Below are positions 37,789 to 46,453 of a stretch of 47,644 nt of DNA, piece by piece; position 1 is the stretch's first letter, and every line of letters begins with the position of its first letter. Below the pieces are notes generated by a model. It was not told the origin of the DNA. It saw only the letters and a program-made list of their open reading frames with translations, and made no database searches. Both the position numbers and the translations under genes were made by a program. The DNA lies in the NCBI GenBank assembly GCA_002716485.1, contig PBBE01000047.1, forward strand, positions 1 through 47,644. The letters run 5' to 3'. This stretch comes from Actinomycetota bacterium (lineage in GTDB: Bacteria > Margulisbacteria > Marinamargulisbacteria > GCA-2716485).

Positions 37789-39073
37789 TAGTTTTAAAAA
37801 TTTGGATTCGGTTATTACCAGAATCAACGACATATAAGGTGCGGGCACTACTATCATAGTGTAATTGACGAGGGAATTTAAACTCACCTGTATCGCTGCC
37901 TTCTTGGCCCCAGTTGGCAACGTGAAGGCCGGTTCTTATATCAAATATTTGGATACGATGATTAAACGTGTCTGAAACGTATAGATGGTGGTTGGCGCTA
38001 TCTATGGCCATGCCTTCTGGGCTTTTGATATTGCCTGTACTGGTACCATATTTAATTGTATTAAATTGGGTGAGCTCATTATTGCTTAATCGTTGTACAA
38101 TACTTAATTCTTTGTTGACGATGTAGACATCGTTATCATAATGGGCCAGATCATAGGCAAATAAGGTGGCGTTACTGTCTTGGAATGAGCTTGTGGGGCC
38201 AGTGTGGATCCGGTGGTCATCGAGGCTGCTATAGACCACCGATGTGAGATTGCTTGGGTTGGCTCTGACGGCAATGGGGTTATCTAGATTGTTGATCGGG
38301 ATAAAGGGATCTCCACTTTCTCCCCAATTATCAGGGTCAAATTTGATGATACGGTTATTACCAGAATCAGCGACCCAGATTCTGCTCCCGTCATAGGTGA
38401 GTCCTCGGGGATATCTAAATTGAAACTCGCCAGACCCTGCAGTGCCATAGGTGGCCATTAAGCTGCCAGAGGGGGCATATTTTTGGATTCGAGAGTTTAG
38501 GGTGTCTGATACATAAATATTTTTGTTGCTATCTAGGGTAATGCCCGTGGGATGGATGAGTGCGTCATTGGGGGTAATATTGAGTTGATGGGACATAAAT
38601 CCGGTATATTTGAGTGCTTTGGGTGAGGATGATGAAAATGTGTAATTTCTAGTTGAAATGGCTTGTAAAATAAAATTATAAGTAGTAAAGCCTTCACTTA
38701 ACTTTTGCTCAAGGATATATTGGTATATGATGGCATTGTTAATGGAAATATTTTCAGTGATAATTAGTAGGTCTTGGTTGTTTTTATTAGGTTCAACAGG
38801 GAATTGTTGGATGTATTGGTAGGGCTGGGTGCTTCCTTCGGTTTTGAAAGCCAATTTGTAATGGTCTACATTTTCGGGGTTATTGATAATCCATTTGATG
38901 GTAATAAATTGGGTGGCTTTATCGAGTTCGATTGATGAGATCATTGGAATGCTTTGAAAATCGTCAAATTTAACAGTGGCGGTTAAATTATCGATGGGGC
39001 TGGATGTGCAGCCGATAATCAGGCCTAAGCAAAGAAGGATTGTACTGACTTCGATATGCAGCCTTTTGATCAT
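37775..39073 (-). CDS. Lipoprotein with an FN3-like domain and an NHL-repeat beta-propeller
   Basis: Lipobox LIIG-C; NHL repeats (PTGITLDSNKNIYVSDTLNSRIQK, PRGL..WVADSGNNRI, PEGMAID..YVSDTFNHRIQ, YVVDSGNNRIQ). Confidence 0.88.
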   Translation of the reverse strand: MIKRLHIEVSTILLCLGLIIGCTSSPIDNLTATVKFDDFQSIPMISSIELDKATQFITIKWIINNPENVDHYKLAFKTEGSTQPYQYIQQFPVEPNKNNQDLLIITENISINNAIIYQYILEQKLSEGFTTYNFILQAISTRNYTFSSSSPKALKYTGFMSHQLNITPNDALIHPTGITLDSNKNIYVSDTLNSRIQKYAPSGSLMATYGTAGSGEFQFRYPRGLTYDGSRIWVADSGNNRIIKFDPDNWGESGDPFIPINNLDNPIAVRANPSNLTSVVYSSLDDHRIHTGPTSSFQDSNATLFAYDLAHYDNDVYIVNKELSIVQRLSNNELTQFNTIKYGTSTGNIKSPEGMAIDSANHHLYVSDTFNHRIQIFDIRTGLHVANWGQEGSDTGEFKFPRQLHYDSSARTLYVVDSGNNRIQIFKTNDDT

Positions 39074-40917
39074 CGACTTAGCCTTTCTAGTTCATTTTTT
39101 AAGGCAATATTCTCTGATTTAAGGGCATTAATTTCGCTTTGTTGGGCTTTAATAGATTCAATGATAAGACCGATTAATGGCGTCATGTTCAATGTTTTAT
39201 ATCCGCTGGGATCGGTGCCTACTAGGTTTGGGTAAATATCTTCGACATTTTGGGCGATTAAACCGATTTGGCTGCCCTCTGGAAAGGACCGTTCGGGAAA
39301 CTCGTCTTGACGCCATTCATAAGTGACCCCATTGAGTTCAGAAAGGGAAGCTATGGGAGTTGAAATGGCCTTGATCTCTTTTTTTAAGCGCCGATCAGAT
39401 GGTGTGCTGAGTGCCATTCCGGGGGTTCCTGCCATAAAGGTGGTGCCAGTGACATGTAAGTCGCCGGTGATCTTAATGCCGGCACCGTAGTCATTGATTT
39501 TTCCTAATTCTAAATTGGTTCTGGCTGCTTCTGCAGTGGTGCCGCCGGTACCTCCCTTGCTTATGGCAATGATGGGGAGACGGTTGGCAGGGACCTCTTG
39601 GGCGTAGGTGGTGGTGATATTGGTATTGCTTAAATTGGTCATGGTGGCTGTTCCTGTAATATCACCAGTAAGTGTAATAACGGGATCATTGACATCAAAG
39701 CTTAGTGTTTTATTGGGATGGCTGCCAGCGCCATCTATAGAAATGCCATTCTCTGTATTGTCATTGACCATTTTGATTACTTCGTCTCTTACTTCATTTC
39801 CATTTAATCCGCCACCAGCCCCGGCGGGAACGTTAGATAGCCAGTTGTAGTGGATTCGACCGGCGCCTGTTGGCTCATCATCAAGGTCAACTTTTTTATA
39901 AAACGTATTTTCAGTATAGCTTGTAATGGCTTTTTCAGTAGGAATTGCGCTATCACTATTTCCTGTAAAGGTGGCATCACTACTGAACTCGTTGACTGGA
40001 ACCCCTGAGTTAAGGAGAAGTGTGCCTTTGACTTCAAGGGTTTCACTGGGATTGGTGGTATTAATACCGACATTGCCTTTATTATAGAAAATTTCATTGG
40101 CTTCACTGCCGTCTTCCCAGCGCCCTGCATTTTCGTCCACATAGGTTTTGATGGCTTTTTCAGTGGGAATACTGTTGTCACTATTGCCAGCAAGGGAGGT
40201 ATCGGTACTAAAGTTGTTAATCGCGGTTCCAGAATTTAAAAGAAGGGACCCGTTCTTGATATGAAGTTTCTCGGTTGGGTTGGTGATGCCAACGCCTACA
40301 TTGCCAGAGAGATAATAAATTTCATCGCTGTCATCACGCTCTTTCCATTTTCCACCGTTTTCTTTGATGTATTCGACAATGGCCAATTGGGATGCAATTT
40401 TATTATCACTTGGATTGGTAAAGGTGATGTCGGTACTTAGTGCTTGGATTTCGTTACCATTGTTAATTGTAATGCTTTTAACCTTAATGGATTGCTCGTT
40501 ACCAAATAATGATGGGACTAGGTCAATTGCATAGGGGGCGGCTGTGAGTGAGTGGGTTAGGGGGATGGTTACTTGGTCAATGGTATAGGACTCCGCCCCT
40601 TCGATGCTAAATTGCAAGTTTGGGGTGGGGATATCAAGTAGGTTTGGGGTTAAAGGGGTGCTATGTCCCAAGGTAAGATCAGCATGGCCATCCACAAAAG
40701 AGACCCCAATTAATGTTTCACTCCAAGCGGTTGCGGTGGTATCTGAAAATAGTGCGATTTTCACTCGCTTGTAGCCGTTAATAGGGCCGTTTTGGTCAGA
40801 AAGGTTTAATGTGATGGGGATGACTTTGGATGCCGCTATGATAGGGCTGCTATTTTTAATTAATAGGCCGGAGATAAGGGCGCTCCAAATAAGTATTTGA
40901 AAGAAATAGCGTTTCAT
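39070..40917 (-). CDS. Secreted trimeric fibre/adhesin with a C-terminal peptidase S74 intramolecular chaperone
   Basis: Signal peptide; GNVGVGITNP and GNVGINTTNP repeats; tail-fibre motifs (ITLTGDITG, KGGTGGTTAEAARTNL); SDRRLKKEI...GVTYEW...IGLIAQNVE and a terminal coiled coil. Confidence 0.88.
   Translation of the reverse strand: MKRYFFQILIWSALISGLLIKNSSPIIAASKVIPITLNLSDQNGPINGYKRVKIALFSDTTATAWSETLIGVSFVDGHADLTLGHSTPLTPNLLDIPTPNLQFSIEGAESYTIDQVTIPLTHSLTAAPYAIDLVPSLFGNEQSIKVKSITINNGNEIQALSTDITFTNPSDNKIASQLAIVEYIKENGGKWKERDDSDEIYYLSGNVGVGITNPTEKLHIKNGSLLLNSGTAINNFSTDTSLAGNSDNSIPTEKAIKTYVDENAGRWEDGSEANEIFYNKGNVGINTTNPSETLEVKGTLLLNSGVPVNEFSSDATFTGNSDSAIPTEKAITSYTENTFYKKVDLDDEPTGAGRIHYNWLSNVPAGAGGGLNGNEVRDEVIKMVNDNTENGISIDGAGSHPNKTLSFDVNDPVITLTGDITGTATMTNLSNTNITTTYAQEVPANRLPIIAISKGGTGGTTAEAARTNLELGKINDYGAGIKITGDLHVTGTTFMAGTPGMALSTPSDRRLKKEIKAISTPIASLSELNGVTYEWRQDEFPERSFPEGSQIGLIAQNVEDIYPNLVGTDPSGYKTLNMTPLIGLIIESIKAQQSEINALKSENIALKNELERLSR
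39907..40443 (-). repeat. Internal protein repeat of about 76 aa (about 2.3 copies) in the fibre gene
   Basis: LSTDITFTNPSDNKIASQLAIVEYI / FSTDTSLAGNSDNSIPTEKAIKTYV / FSSDATFTGNSDSAIPTEKAITSYT; the first two are followed by W..EI.Y..GNVG....P...L...LLLNSG. Confidence 0.8.
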
Positions 40918-41010
40918 TGAAGTTGGGTCCTAAATACTTGTGATTTTGATATAGACGGGCTCCTTTATTCTATCCTTTTTATGGCCTGGAGTCCAATTTT
41001 TAAGCGACTA

Positions 41011-41937
41011 CTAGGTCTTTTTTTTAAGTGACCAATGTAATGAAAACAGGTGGGACTGGGGGACTTGAGGATGGCTGTTGGGTAAGAATGCGTATTGGAG
41101 TTGGAGTTGATTTAGATTAAGACTTAGCCCGGTACTTGCTTGTATGAGGTCTAGGTTATGGTGTTGGGAATATCCAAAATATATCGATAGGAGCGAGACT
41201 TGTGTGGGATGTAAAATGATGCCTAGTGCGCTGATCATGGCGTTTCGGGTGGGGTGGCTTTTGGTTTGGCTTCTGATGCTAAAGTGTCTGGATTGGAATT
41301 GATGGCTGATGATGATTTGGGTGGGGTAGTGGGCGCTGATGCGTTGGTTTTGGTAGTTTTGATGGAAAGGGTGCTTTATCAGGTGATTAATAATCAGGGA
41401 ATAGTGATGGGCGGATTGGGTCCAATATGCGCCGATGCCAGCATTGATATTATTGAATATATTCTGGTCGATTTCAGTGCGAATCCAAGATGTTTTGAGA
41501 CCGAGGTAAGCATGGGGAGATAGGCGGGTAGCGATGATATGGTTGAGTTCTAGGTGTTGATAATGAAAGCTGTGGTGAATGATTGGGTAGTCATTGATCA
41601 GGGTGCTGTGGTGTAACTGCGAGACACTGGTTTTCATTAGGCCGATTCCCATGGGGATGTTTTTGAATGGGAACGTGCTCGCGAATTGTTGGTACTGGAT
41701 TTCGTTTAGGATACGGGTGTTAAATAAGGAAAAGGATGGCGATTTGATACGCCCAATTGTGGCTGGGTTTCCGAAGACGCTGCTGGCATGATCTGAAAAG
41801 CCTTGGATGTTGCCGCTGCCGATCATTTTGGCACTATTGCCCAAGTGACTGGCTAAAAATGATTGGCTTTGCTTGCCCCAACTGGGGCTGCTTAGGAGTA
41901 GGAGTATTATAGCGAAGGTAGGGCGTTTATTGATCAT
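41011..41937 (-). CDS. PorV/PorQ (FadL-fold)-like outer-membrane beta-barrel
   Basis: Signal peptide; N-terminal plug motif GNSAKMIGSGN...DHASSVFGNPATI (similar to GARaxgMG...NPAgL); C-terminal LQYAF...HLFSLHW. Confidence 0.65.
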   Translation of the reverse strand: MINKRPTFAIILLLLSSPSWGKQSQSFLASHLGNSAKMIGSGNIQGFSDHASSVFGNPATIGRIKSPSFSLFNTRILNEIQYQQFASTFPFKNIPMGIGLMKTSVSQLHHSTLINDYPIIHHSFHYQHLELNHIIATRLSPHAYLGLKTSWIRTEIDQNIFNNINAGIGAYWTQSAHHYSLIINHLIKHPFHQNYQNQRISAHYPTQIIISHQFQSRHFSIRSQTKSHPTRNAMISALGIILHPTQVSLLSIYFGYSQHHNLDLIQASTGLSLNLNQLQLQYAFLPNSHPQVPQSHLFSLHWSLKKKT

Positions 41938-42545
41938 GGGAGGCTTACCATTTTACCTTTACCAAGGATGGTTTTTTTAGTTGAAATTAGATAAAAATAA
42001 ATGGCGCTACTTAACGCGCTATTGGGGAGTGATTTTTTGGAAAAAGAAAAGGTATTGATCCCAGATTTTCCGCCGCTTTCTCCTGATGAGAACTGGGCCT
42101 GGTAGACCCGCTGGCCACTCATATCATAAATGTCGATGTTAATATCTGCGTTTTGGTTTAAGTGATAGTAGAGGGTGGTGCCAGAATTGATTCGGAATGG
42201 GTTGGGGTAATTTAAGGGGGCTTTTTCAAGTTGGATGGGGGCAATATCTTCATGAATCACTTCATCACTGCTGCTGTGTTGGTTGGCAGGGGGCTTGGCT
42301 TGTGAGTGTGGCATGTTAAAGGTATTGGGATGACTGGTGATGGTTCCGTAGATGGGTGTATCCATGAGGGTGTGTTGGCTTTGGTGTTGGCGTTTAAAAA
42401 GGGGTTCTTTTGCGGTGGTGTTGGTGATGGGGCTACATAAGCAAAGGATTAGTATCCCTTGGAAGAGTCGGGTTGATCGTTTAATTAGGAAGAGGTTTTG
42501 TTTCATTCTAGTTTTATTATTGACGATTAGGATAGGGAAATACAA
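41934..42545 (-). CDS. Small exported protein consisting mainly of a T9SS type-A-CTD/FlgD-Ig-like domain
   Basis: NYPNPF...TTLYYHL...INIDIYDMSGQRV...LSSAIYFYLI...GKGKMV. The true start may be 42506 (MKQNL). ATGA overlap with the next gene. Confidence 0.75.
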   Translation of the reverse strand: MYFPILIVNNKTRMKQNLFLIKRSTRLFQGILILCLCSPITNTTAKEPLFKRQHQSQHTLMDTPIYGTITSHPNTFNMPHSQAKPPANQHSSSDEVIHEDIAPIQLEKAPLNYPNPFRINSGTTLYYHLNQNADINIDIYDMSGQRVYQAQFSSGESGGKSGINTFSFSKKSLPNSALSSAIYFYLISTKKTILGKGKMVSLP

Positions 42546-42651
42546 GTCTGAATTTAGGTGTTTAAGTGGAGTGAAGAATTGATTGTTGAGCCTGGATGGG
42601 GTATACTGGTGGTATATTTATTTTCAAGTAGTTTTTATAAGGAGGTGGCTT

Positions 42652-43008
42652 ATGACACAATTTTCAGTGACTCAGTCTTATAATGAGGCCTTTTCTTCGG
42701 ATGTTCTTCAGATTCAAGGGGAGCTTGATGTTCATACTTGTCCGATGGTGAAAGAGAAAGCAGAAGTTATTTTAGATGCTTCGCCTAGTAAGTTGGTGTT
42801 GGATTTGGATCAGACCAGTTATATTGATTCTACAGGGTTAGGTGTGATTGTATATATGGCCAAGCAGATGGCGGATCAATCAGGCACTGTATATGTCTTG
42901 ACGTCGCAGCCTCAAATACGTAAAGTGTATGAAGTGTCTGGGATAGGTCGGCAGAATATTCATTTAGTGGCAGACCAAGAGGAGCTGCTTCGTGTTAGCA
43001 CCGTCTAA
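42652..43008 (+). CDS. rsbV: Anti-sigma factor antagonist (STAS domain)
   Basis: GELDVHTCP and YIDSTGLG phospho-Ser motif; AAGGAGGT RBS sets the start at 42652. Confidence 0.9.
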   Translation: MTQFSVTQSYNEAFSSDVLQIQGELDVHTCPMVKEKAEVILDASPSKLVLDLDQTSYIDSTGLGVIVYMAKQMADQSGTVYVLTSQPQIRKVYEVSGIGRQNIHLVADQEELLRVSTV

Positions 43009-43030
43009 AAAAAGCCAAAAAGGAGATCTT

Positions 43031-43498
43031 ATGGATACCGAAAATTTACCCCTTCAGATATCAATGAAAGTTCCCTCAGTTCCAGAGTTAGTCAGTGTTG
43101 TTCGCTTGGCGGTGTCCGGTTTGGCCAATCGGTTGAATTTTACAGTGGAAGAAATTGAAGATATTAAGATTTGTGTTTCAGAAGCGTGTACCAATGTGGT
43201 TCAGCATGCCTATGCTAAAAGTACTCGTCCTCAAGATAATATGATTGATGTTGTGTTTACCGTATCGGATGAGTCATTGGGGATTCAGGTACAAGACTTT
43301 GGTGAGGGCTTTGATGTTTCGGTATTAGAGACGATGAAGACGGGGGTATTGCGTGAGGATTCATTGAACTTGGGGTTGGGCCTGACGTTTGTACGAAATT
43401 TAATGGATGAATGTGATGTTCATTCTGAGCCTGGGAAAGGGACCGTGGTGAGTATGAAGAAACGGGTTCCTCAGCAAACGCTTCAGACGACTTCTTAG
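43031..43498 (+). CDS. rsbW: Anti-sigma factor / Ser kinase
   Basis: VVRLAVSGLA, EDIKICVSEACTNVVQHAY, DFGEGFD and GLGLTFVRNLMD motifs; AGGAG RBS before 43031. Confidence 0.92.
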   Translation: MDTENLPLQISMKVPSVPELVSVVRLAVSGLANRLNFTVEEIEDIKICVSEACTNVVQHAYAKSTRPQDNMIDVVFTVSDESLGIQVQDFGEGFDVSVLETMKTGVLREDSLNLGLGLTFVRNLMDECDVHSEPGKGTVVSMKKRVPQQTLQTTS

Positions 43499-43505
43499 TT
43501 TTCTG

Positions 43506-43781
43506 ATGTTGTTACCGCTGGTTCATATTGGGGTTTCGGCGCTAAGTATAGTGTTTATTCTTCAAGACTCTTATCGTCGTGGGCGTTTGGGTTATGGAAT
43601 AATTTTTAGTGCTTTAAGTTTGATTAGTCCTTTTTTTCTGGCCGTTTATATGTTTTTTCGACCCAAACATGTGGGTAATATTAGTCAGCAGTTTTGTCCC
43701 AAGTGTGGGGAAGTGAGTCGAGGGAAACCGGTATGTCCGAAATGTGGGAATCACTTGGAATTGGATGTCTCGTCTCGTTAG
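43506..43781 (+). CDS. Small 2-TM membrane protein with a C-terminal zinc ribbon
   Basis: Two hydrophobic segments, then FFRP and CPKC...CPKC. Confidence 0.75.
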   Translation: MLLPLVHIGVSALSIVFILQDSYRRGRLGYGIIFSALSLISPFFLAVYMFFRPKHVGNISQQFCPKCGEVSRGKPVCPKCGNHLELDVSSR

Positions 43782-43785
43782 AGGC

Positions 43786-44943
43786 ATGATTGAAGGGCCT
43801 AATTCGAGGTTGCTTTCCCAGCTGCCGTCATCCATATGTTTGTATATTCATGTTCCCTTTTGTTCACATTTTTGTCCGTATTGTGCCTTTAGTAAGGCGA
43901 CGTGGCGTGAAGATTTAGAGTTGGCTTATGTCACTGCTTTATGTGAGGAATTGAGTGGTTTTGAGCGGCTAGGGCTAGGGGTGAAGACCGTGTTTTTTGG
44001 TGGTGGGACGCCAAGTATGTTATCTCCAGCTTCTATTTTGGCTATTATGGGGCAGGTGCGACGTTGTTTTGATGATTCGGAATTAACGGAGATTACGTTT
44101 GAGGCGAACCCTGAAAGTGTGAGTCGACCTTTTTTGGATGCTGTTTCTGAAGCTGGGGTGCATCGGCTGAGTTTGGGGGTGCAATCATTTGTGCCAGAGG
44201 AGTTAAGTGTTTTGGGGCGGGTTCATTCGGTGGATACGGTGCTTGAGGCGTTGGCATTGTTGGGCCAATACCCTGCATTGGCGATTAACATTGATTTGAT
44301 GTTTGGTATTCAAGGGGCGAGTATTAAGGCCATTCAATATTCTTTGGATCAATTGGCTTCTTATGATCCCGGGCATGTGTCTGTGTATGGATTATCTATA
44401 GAGCCCAATACCGTATTTGCCCAGCGGTCTGAACCGGTGGCCAGTGAACAGGTGTCTTTTGAGATATATGAGCGGGTTATTCAGGTGCTGACTGGGGCCG
44501 GGTATCGGCATTATGAGGTTTCGGCGTTTGCTAAGCCAGGTCAAGAGTGTCGTCATAATTTGGCGTATTGGCATTTTGATTCTTTTTTGGGGGTGGGTCC
44601 GTCGGCGGATAGTTTTTTGTTGGGGGCGCGATTTTCTCAGTGTTCTTCGTTAAAAACTTACCTTAAAGACCCTACATCGCCTTTTTTCTTGACCCCTTTA
44701 ACGCCATTGTCAGATACTCATTATCGGACAGAGTACTTGCTGGCTAATTTACGGGTTTTAGAAGGGTTTTCTTTGGATCAATACCAACATCGGTTTGGAC
44801 ATTCTCTTCAGGATGATTATCCTCATGTGTCGGATCGTTTGGTTTTAGAAGGGTTAATAGAGTATGATTCAAGGCGGTTGCGGTTTACTAAGAAAGGGAT
44901 TTATTTGCATAATGAAGTGCTAATGGCCTTTATTGAGGCTTGA
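43786..44943 (+). CDS. hemW: Radical SAM heme chaperone HemW (HemN-like)
   Basis: LYIHVPFCSHFCPYC, FGGGTPS, EITFEANP, RLSLGVQSF, HYEVSAFA and HNLAYW motifs; start approximate. Confidence 0.9.
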   Translation: MIEGPNSRLLSQLPSSICLYIHVPFCSHFCPYCAFSKATWREDLELAYVTALCEELSGFERLGLGVKTVFFGGGTPSMLSPASILAIMGQVRRCFDDSELTEITFEANPESVSRPFLDAVSEAGVHRLSLGVQSFVPEELSVLGRVHSVDTVLEALALLGQYPALAINIDLMFGIQGASIKAIQYSLDQLASYDPGHVSVYGLSIEPNTVFAQRSEPVASEQVSFEIYERVIQVLTGAGYRHYEVSAFAKPGQECRHNLAYWHFDSFLGVGPSADSFLLGARFSQCSSLKTYLKDPTSPFFLTPLTPLSDTHYRTEYLLANLRVLEGFSLDQYQHRFGHSLQDDYPHVSDRLVLEGLIEYDSRRLRFTKKGIYLHNEVLMAFIEA

Positions 44944-44971
44944 GCTTTGGATTTGTATTTTATAGGGCTTA

Positions 44972-45000
44972 TTGACAGGGAAAATAAAGTAAGATACCCT
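44972..45000 (+). promoter_or_regulatory. Putative sigma70 promoter of rpmE-prfA-prmC
   Basis: TTGACA-17 nt-TACCCT, 50 nt upstream of rpmE. Confidence 0.6.
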
Positions 45001-45050
45001 AGATGTACTTAAAAATTTACCAAGCTAAGTCTTGGAAGTAGGACGTTAAT

Positions 45051-45290
45051 ATGGCAAAGAAAGAAAGTAAACGGAAGAATCAAGTTGATATCTCTAAAAT
45101 TGAGGCGCGACAGATTGTGGCTTCTTGTGTGTGTGGGGCCACATTTGATGTGATGACGACATTAAAGGAGCTACGTGTTGATATTTGTTCCGCTTGTCAT
45201 CCATTTTTTACTGGTGAGAGCCGGATCTTGGATGCAGAGGGTCGGATTGAGAAGTTTCGTAAGAAGTATCAGCTGGCGGATAAGAAATAG
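45051..45290 (+). CDS. rpmE: 50S ribosomal protein L31 (Zn-binding type)
   Basis: CVCG...[13 protein letters not shown]...[13 protein letters not shown]; upstream of prfA. Confidence 0.95.
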   Translation: MAKKESKRKNQVDISKIEARQIVASCVCGATFDVMTTLKELRVDICSACHPFFTGESRILDAEGRIEKFRKKYQLADKK

Positions 45291-45391
45291 GGATTGCCTA
45301 AATGTGGCACTTATTGGCTAATCTATTTGGGTGACTGCGTTGTCATTCACTGATTATAGTGTTCATAATCGGTCTTTATAATAGGGAGTGA

Positions 45392-46453
45392 GTGGTGTTA
45401 GATCAATTTCAGGAACTTGAACAGAGATTTGAGGACCTTGAGCTGAAGATGAGTGATCCGGAAGTGATTTCGGATCAAAAGAAGTATCAGGAATTGGTTT
45501 ATGCTCATAGTGAGTTAAAGCAGGGGGTGGAACAGTTTCGGGAGTATCAGACGTGTGTGAGGGACTTGGCGGAGGCCCGTGCTATGTTATCAGATCCTGA
45601 GATGGCGGAGCTGGCTCAGGAAGAGATTAATGGGCTTGAGGAGTCTCATGCGCGTTTGGAGATGTCTTTGAAGCGGTTTCTTGTTCCAGCGGATCCTAAC
45701 GATCATCGGAATGCGATTGTGGAGATTCGGGCTGGGACCGGTGGTGAAGAAGCGTCTTTATTTTGTGCAGAGTTATATCGGATGTATCAGAAGTATTCGG
45801 ATACGAAGCAGTGGAAAGTGGAGGTCATGTCACAGAGCTTGACCGGTTTAGGTGGGGTGAAAGAGATTTGCTTTTTGGTTGCTGGGAAACAGGTCTTTAG
45901 TCGTTTGAAATTTGAGAGTGGGACCCATCGTGTTCAACGGGTGCCGGAAACGGAAGCGTCCGGTCGGGTTCATACGTCTGCGGCTACTGTGGCGATTTTG
46001 CCGGAAGTGGAAGCGGTGGATGTGGATATTGAGACTAAAGATTTGCGTATTGATACCTATCGTGCCAGTGGGGCCGGTGGTCAGCATGTGAATAAGACGG
46101 ATTCAGCGGTGCGGATTACTCATATTCCCACAGGGTTGGTGGTGGCTTGTCAAGATGAACGCTCTCAGTTCCAAAATAAGGACCGGTGTATGCGATTGTT
46201 GCGGGCAAAGTTATATGAGAAGCAAGTTGAAGATCAGGCTCAAGCGTCTGCTCAGGCGCGAAAGATTCAAGTGGGTAGTGGGGACCGGTCTCAAAAGATT
46301 CGGACCTATAATTATCCTCAGCGGCGGGTGACAGATCATCGGATTAATATGACCTTATATACCTTGGAAGCGTTTTTGCAAGGGGATATGGAAGGTATGA
46401 TTGATGCGTTGATTGCTGCTGATTGTATGGAGAAATTGCAAGGAAGCCAATGA
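45392..46453 (+). CDS. prfA: Peptide chain release factor 1
   Basis: EIRAGTGGEEA, HRVQRVPETE (PxT motif) and GAGGQHVNKTDSA. Confidence 0.98.
   Translation: MVLDQFQELEQRFEDLELKMSDPEVISDQKKYQELVYAHSELKQGVEQFREYQTCVRDLAEARAMLSDPEMAELAQEEINGLEESHARLEMSLKRFLVPADPNDHRNAIVEIRAGTGGEEASLFCAELYRMYQKYSDTKQWKVEVMSQSLTGLGGVKEICFLVAGKQVFSRLKFESGTHRVQRVPETEASGRVHTSAATVAILPEVEAVDVDIETKDLRIDTYRASGAGGQHVNKTDSAVRITHIPTGLVVACQDERSQFQNKDRCMRLLRAKLYEKQVEDQAQASAQARKIQVGSGDRSQKIRTYNYPQRRVTDHRINMTLYTLEAFLQGDMEGMIDALIAADCMEKLQGSQ

Noticed and set aside
36699-37920. ORF-track starts for fliG (36755) and fliF-like (37920), and likewise 2361, 42583, 42992, 43744 and 46423
   Set aside because: They overlap neighbouring genes extensively or lack an RBS; downstream ATGs fit RBSs, translational coupling or family N-termini better.
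39070-40917. Prophage tail module
   Set aside because: The fibre has a signal peptide and is coupled to cellular envelope genes; no capsid, terminase, integrase or lysis genes are present.
299-46087. Numerous short antisense or alternate-frame ORFs (e.g. 1910, 8815, 14858, 15214, 23171, 28315, 36202, 39804, 41254)
   Set aside because: They are shadows within well-supported genes, with no motifs of their own.
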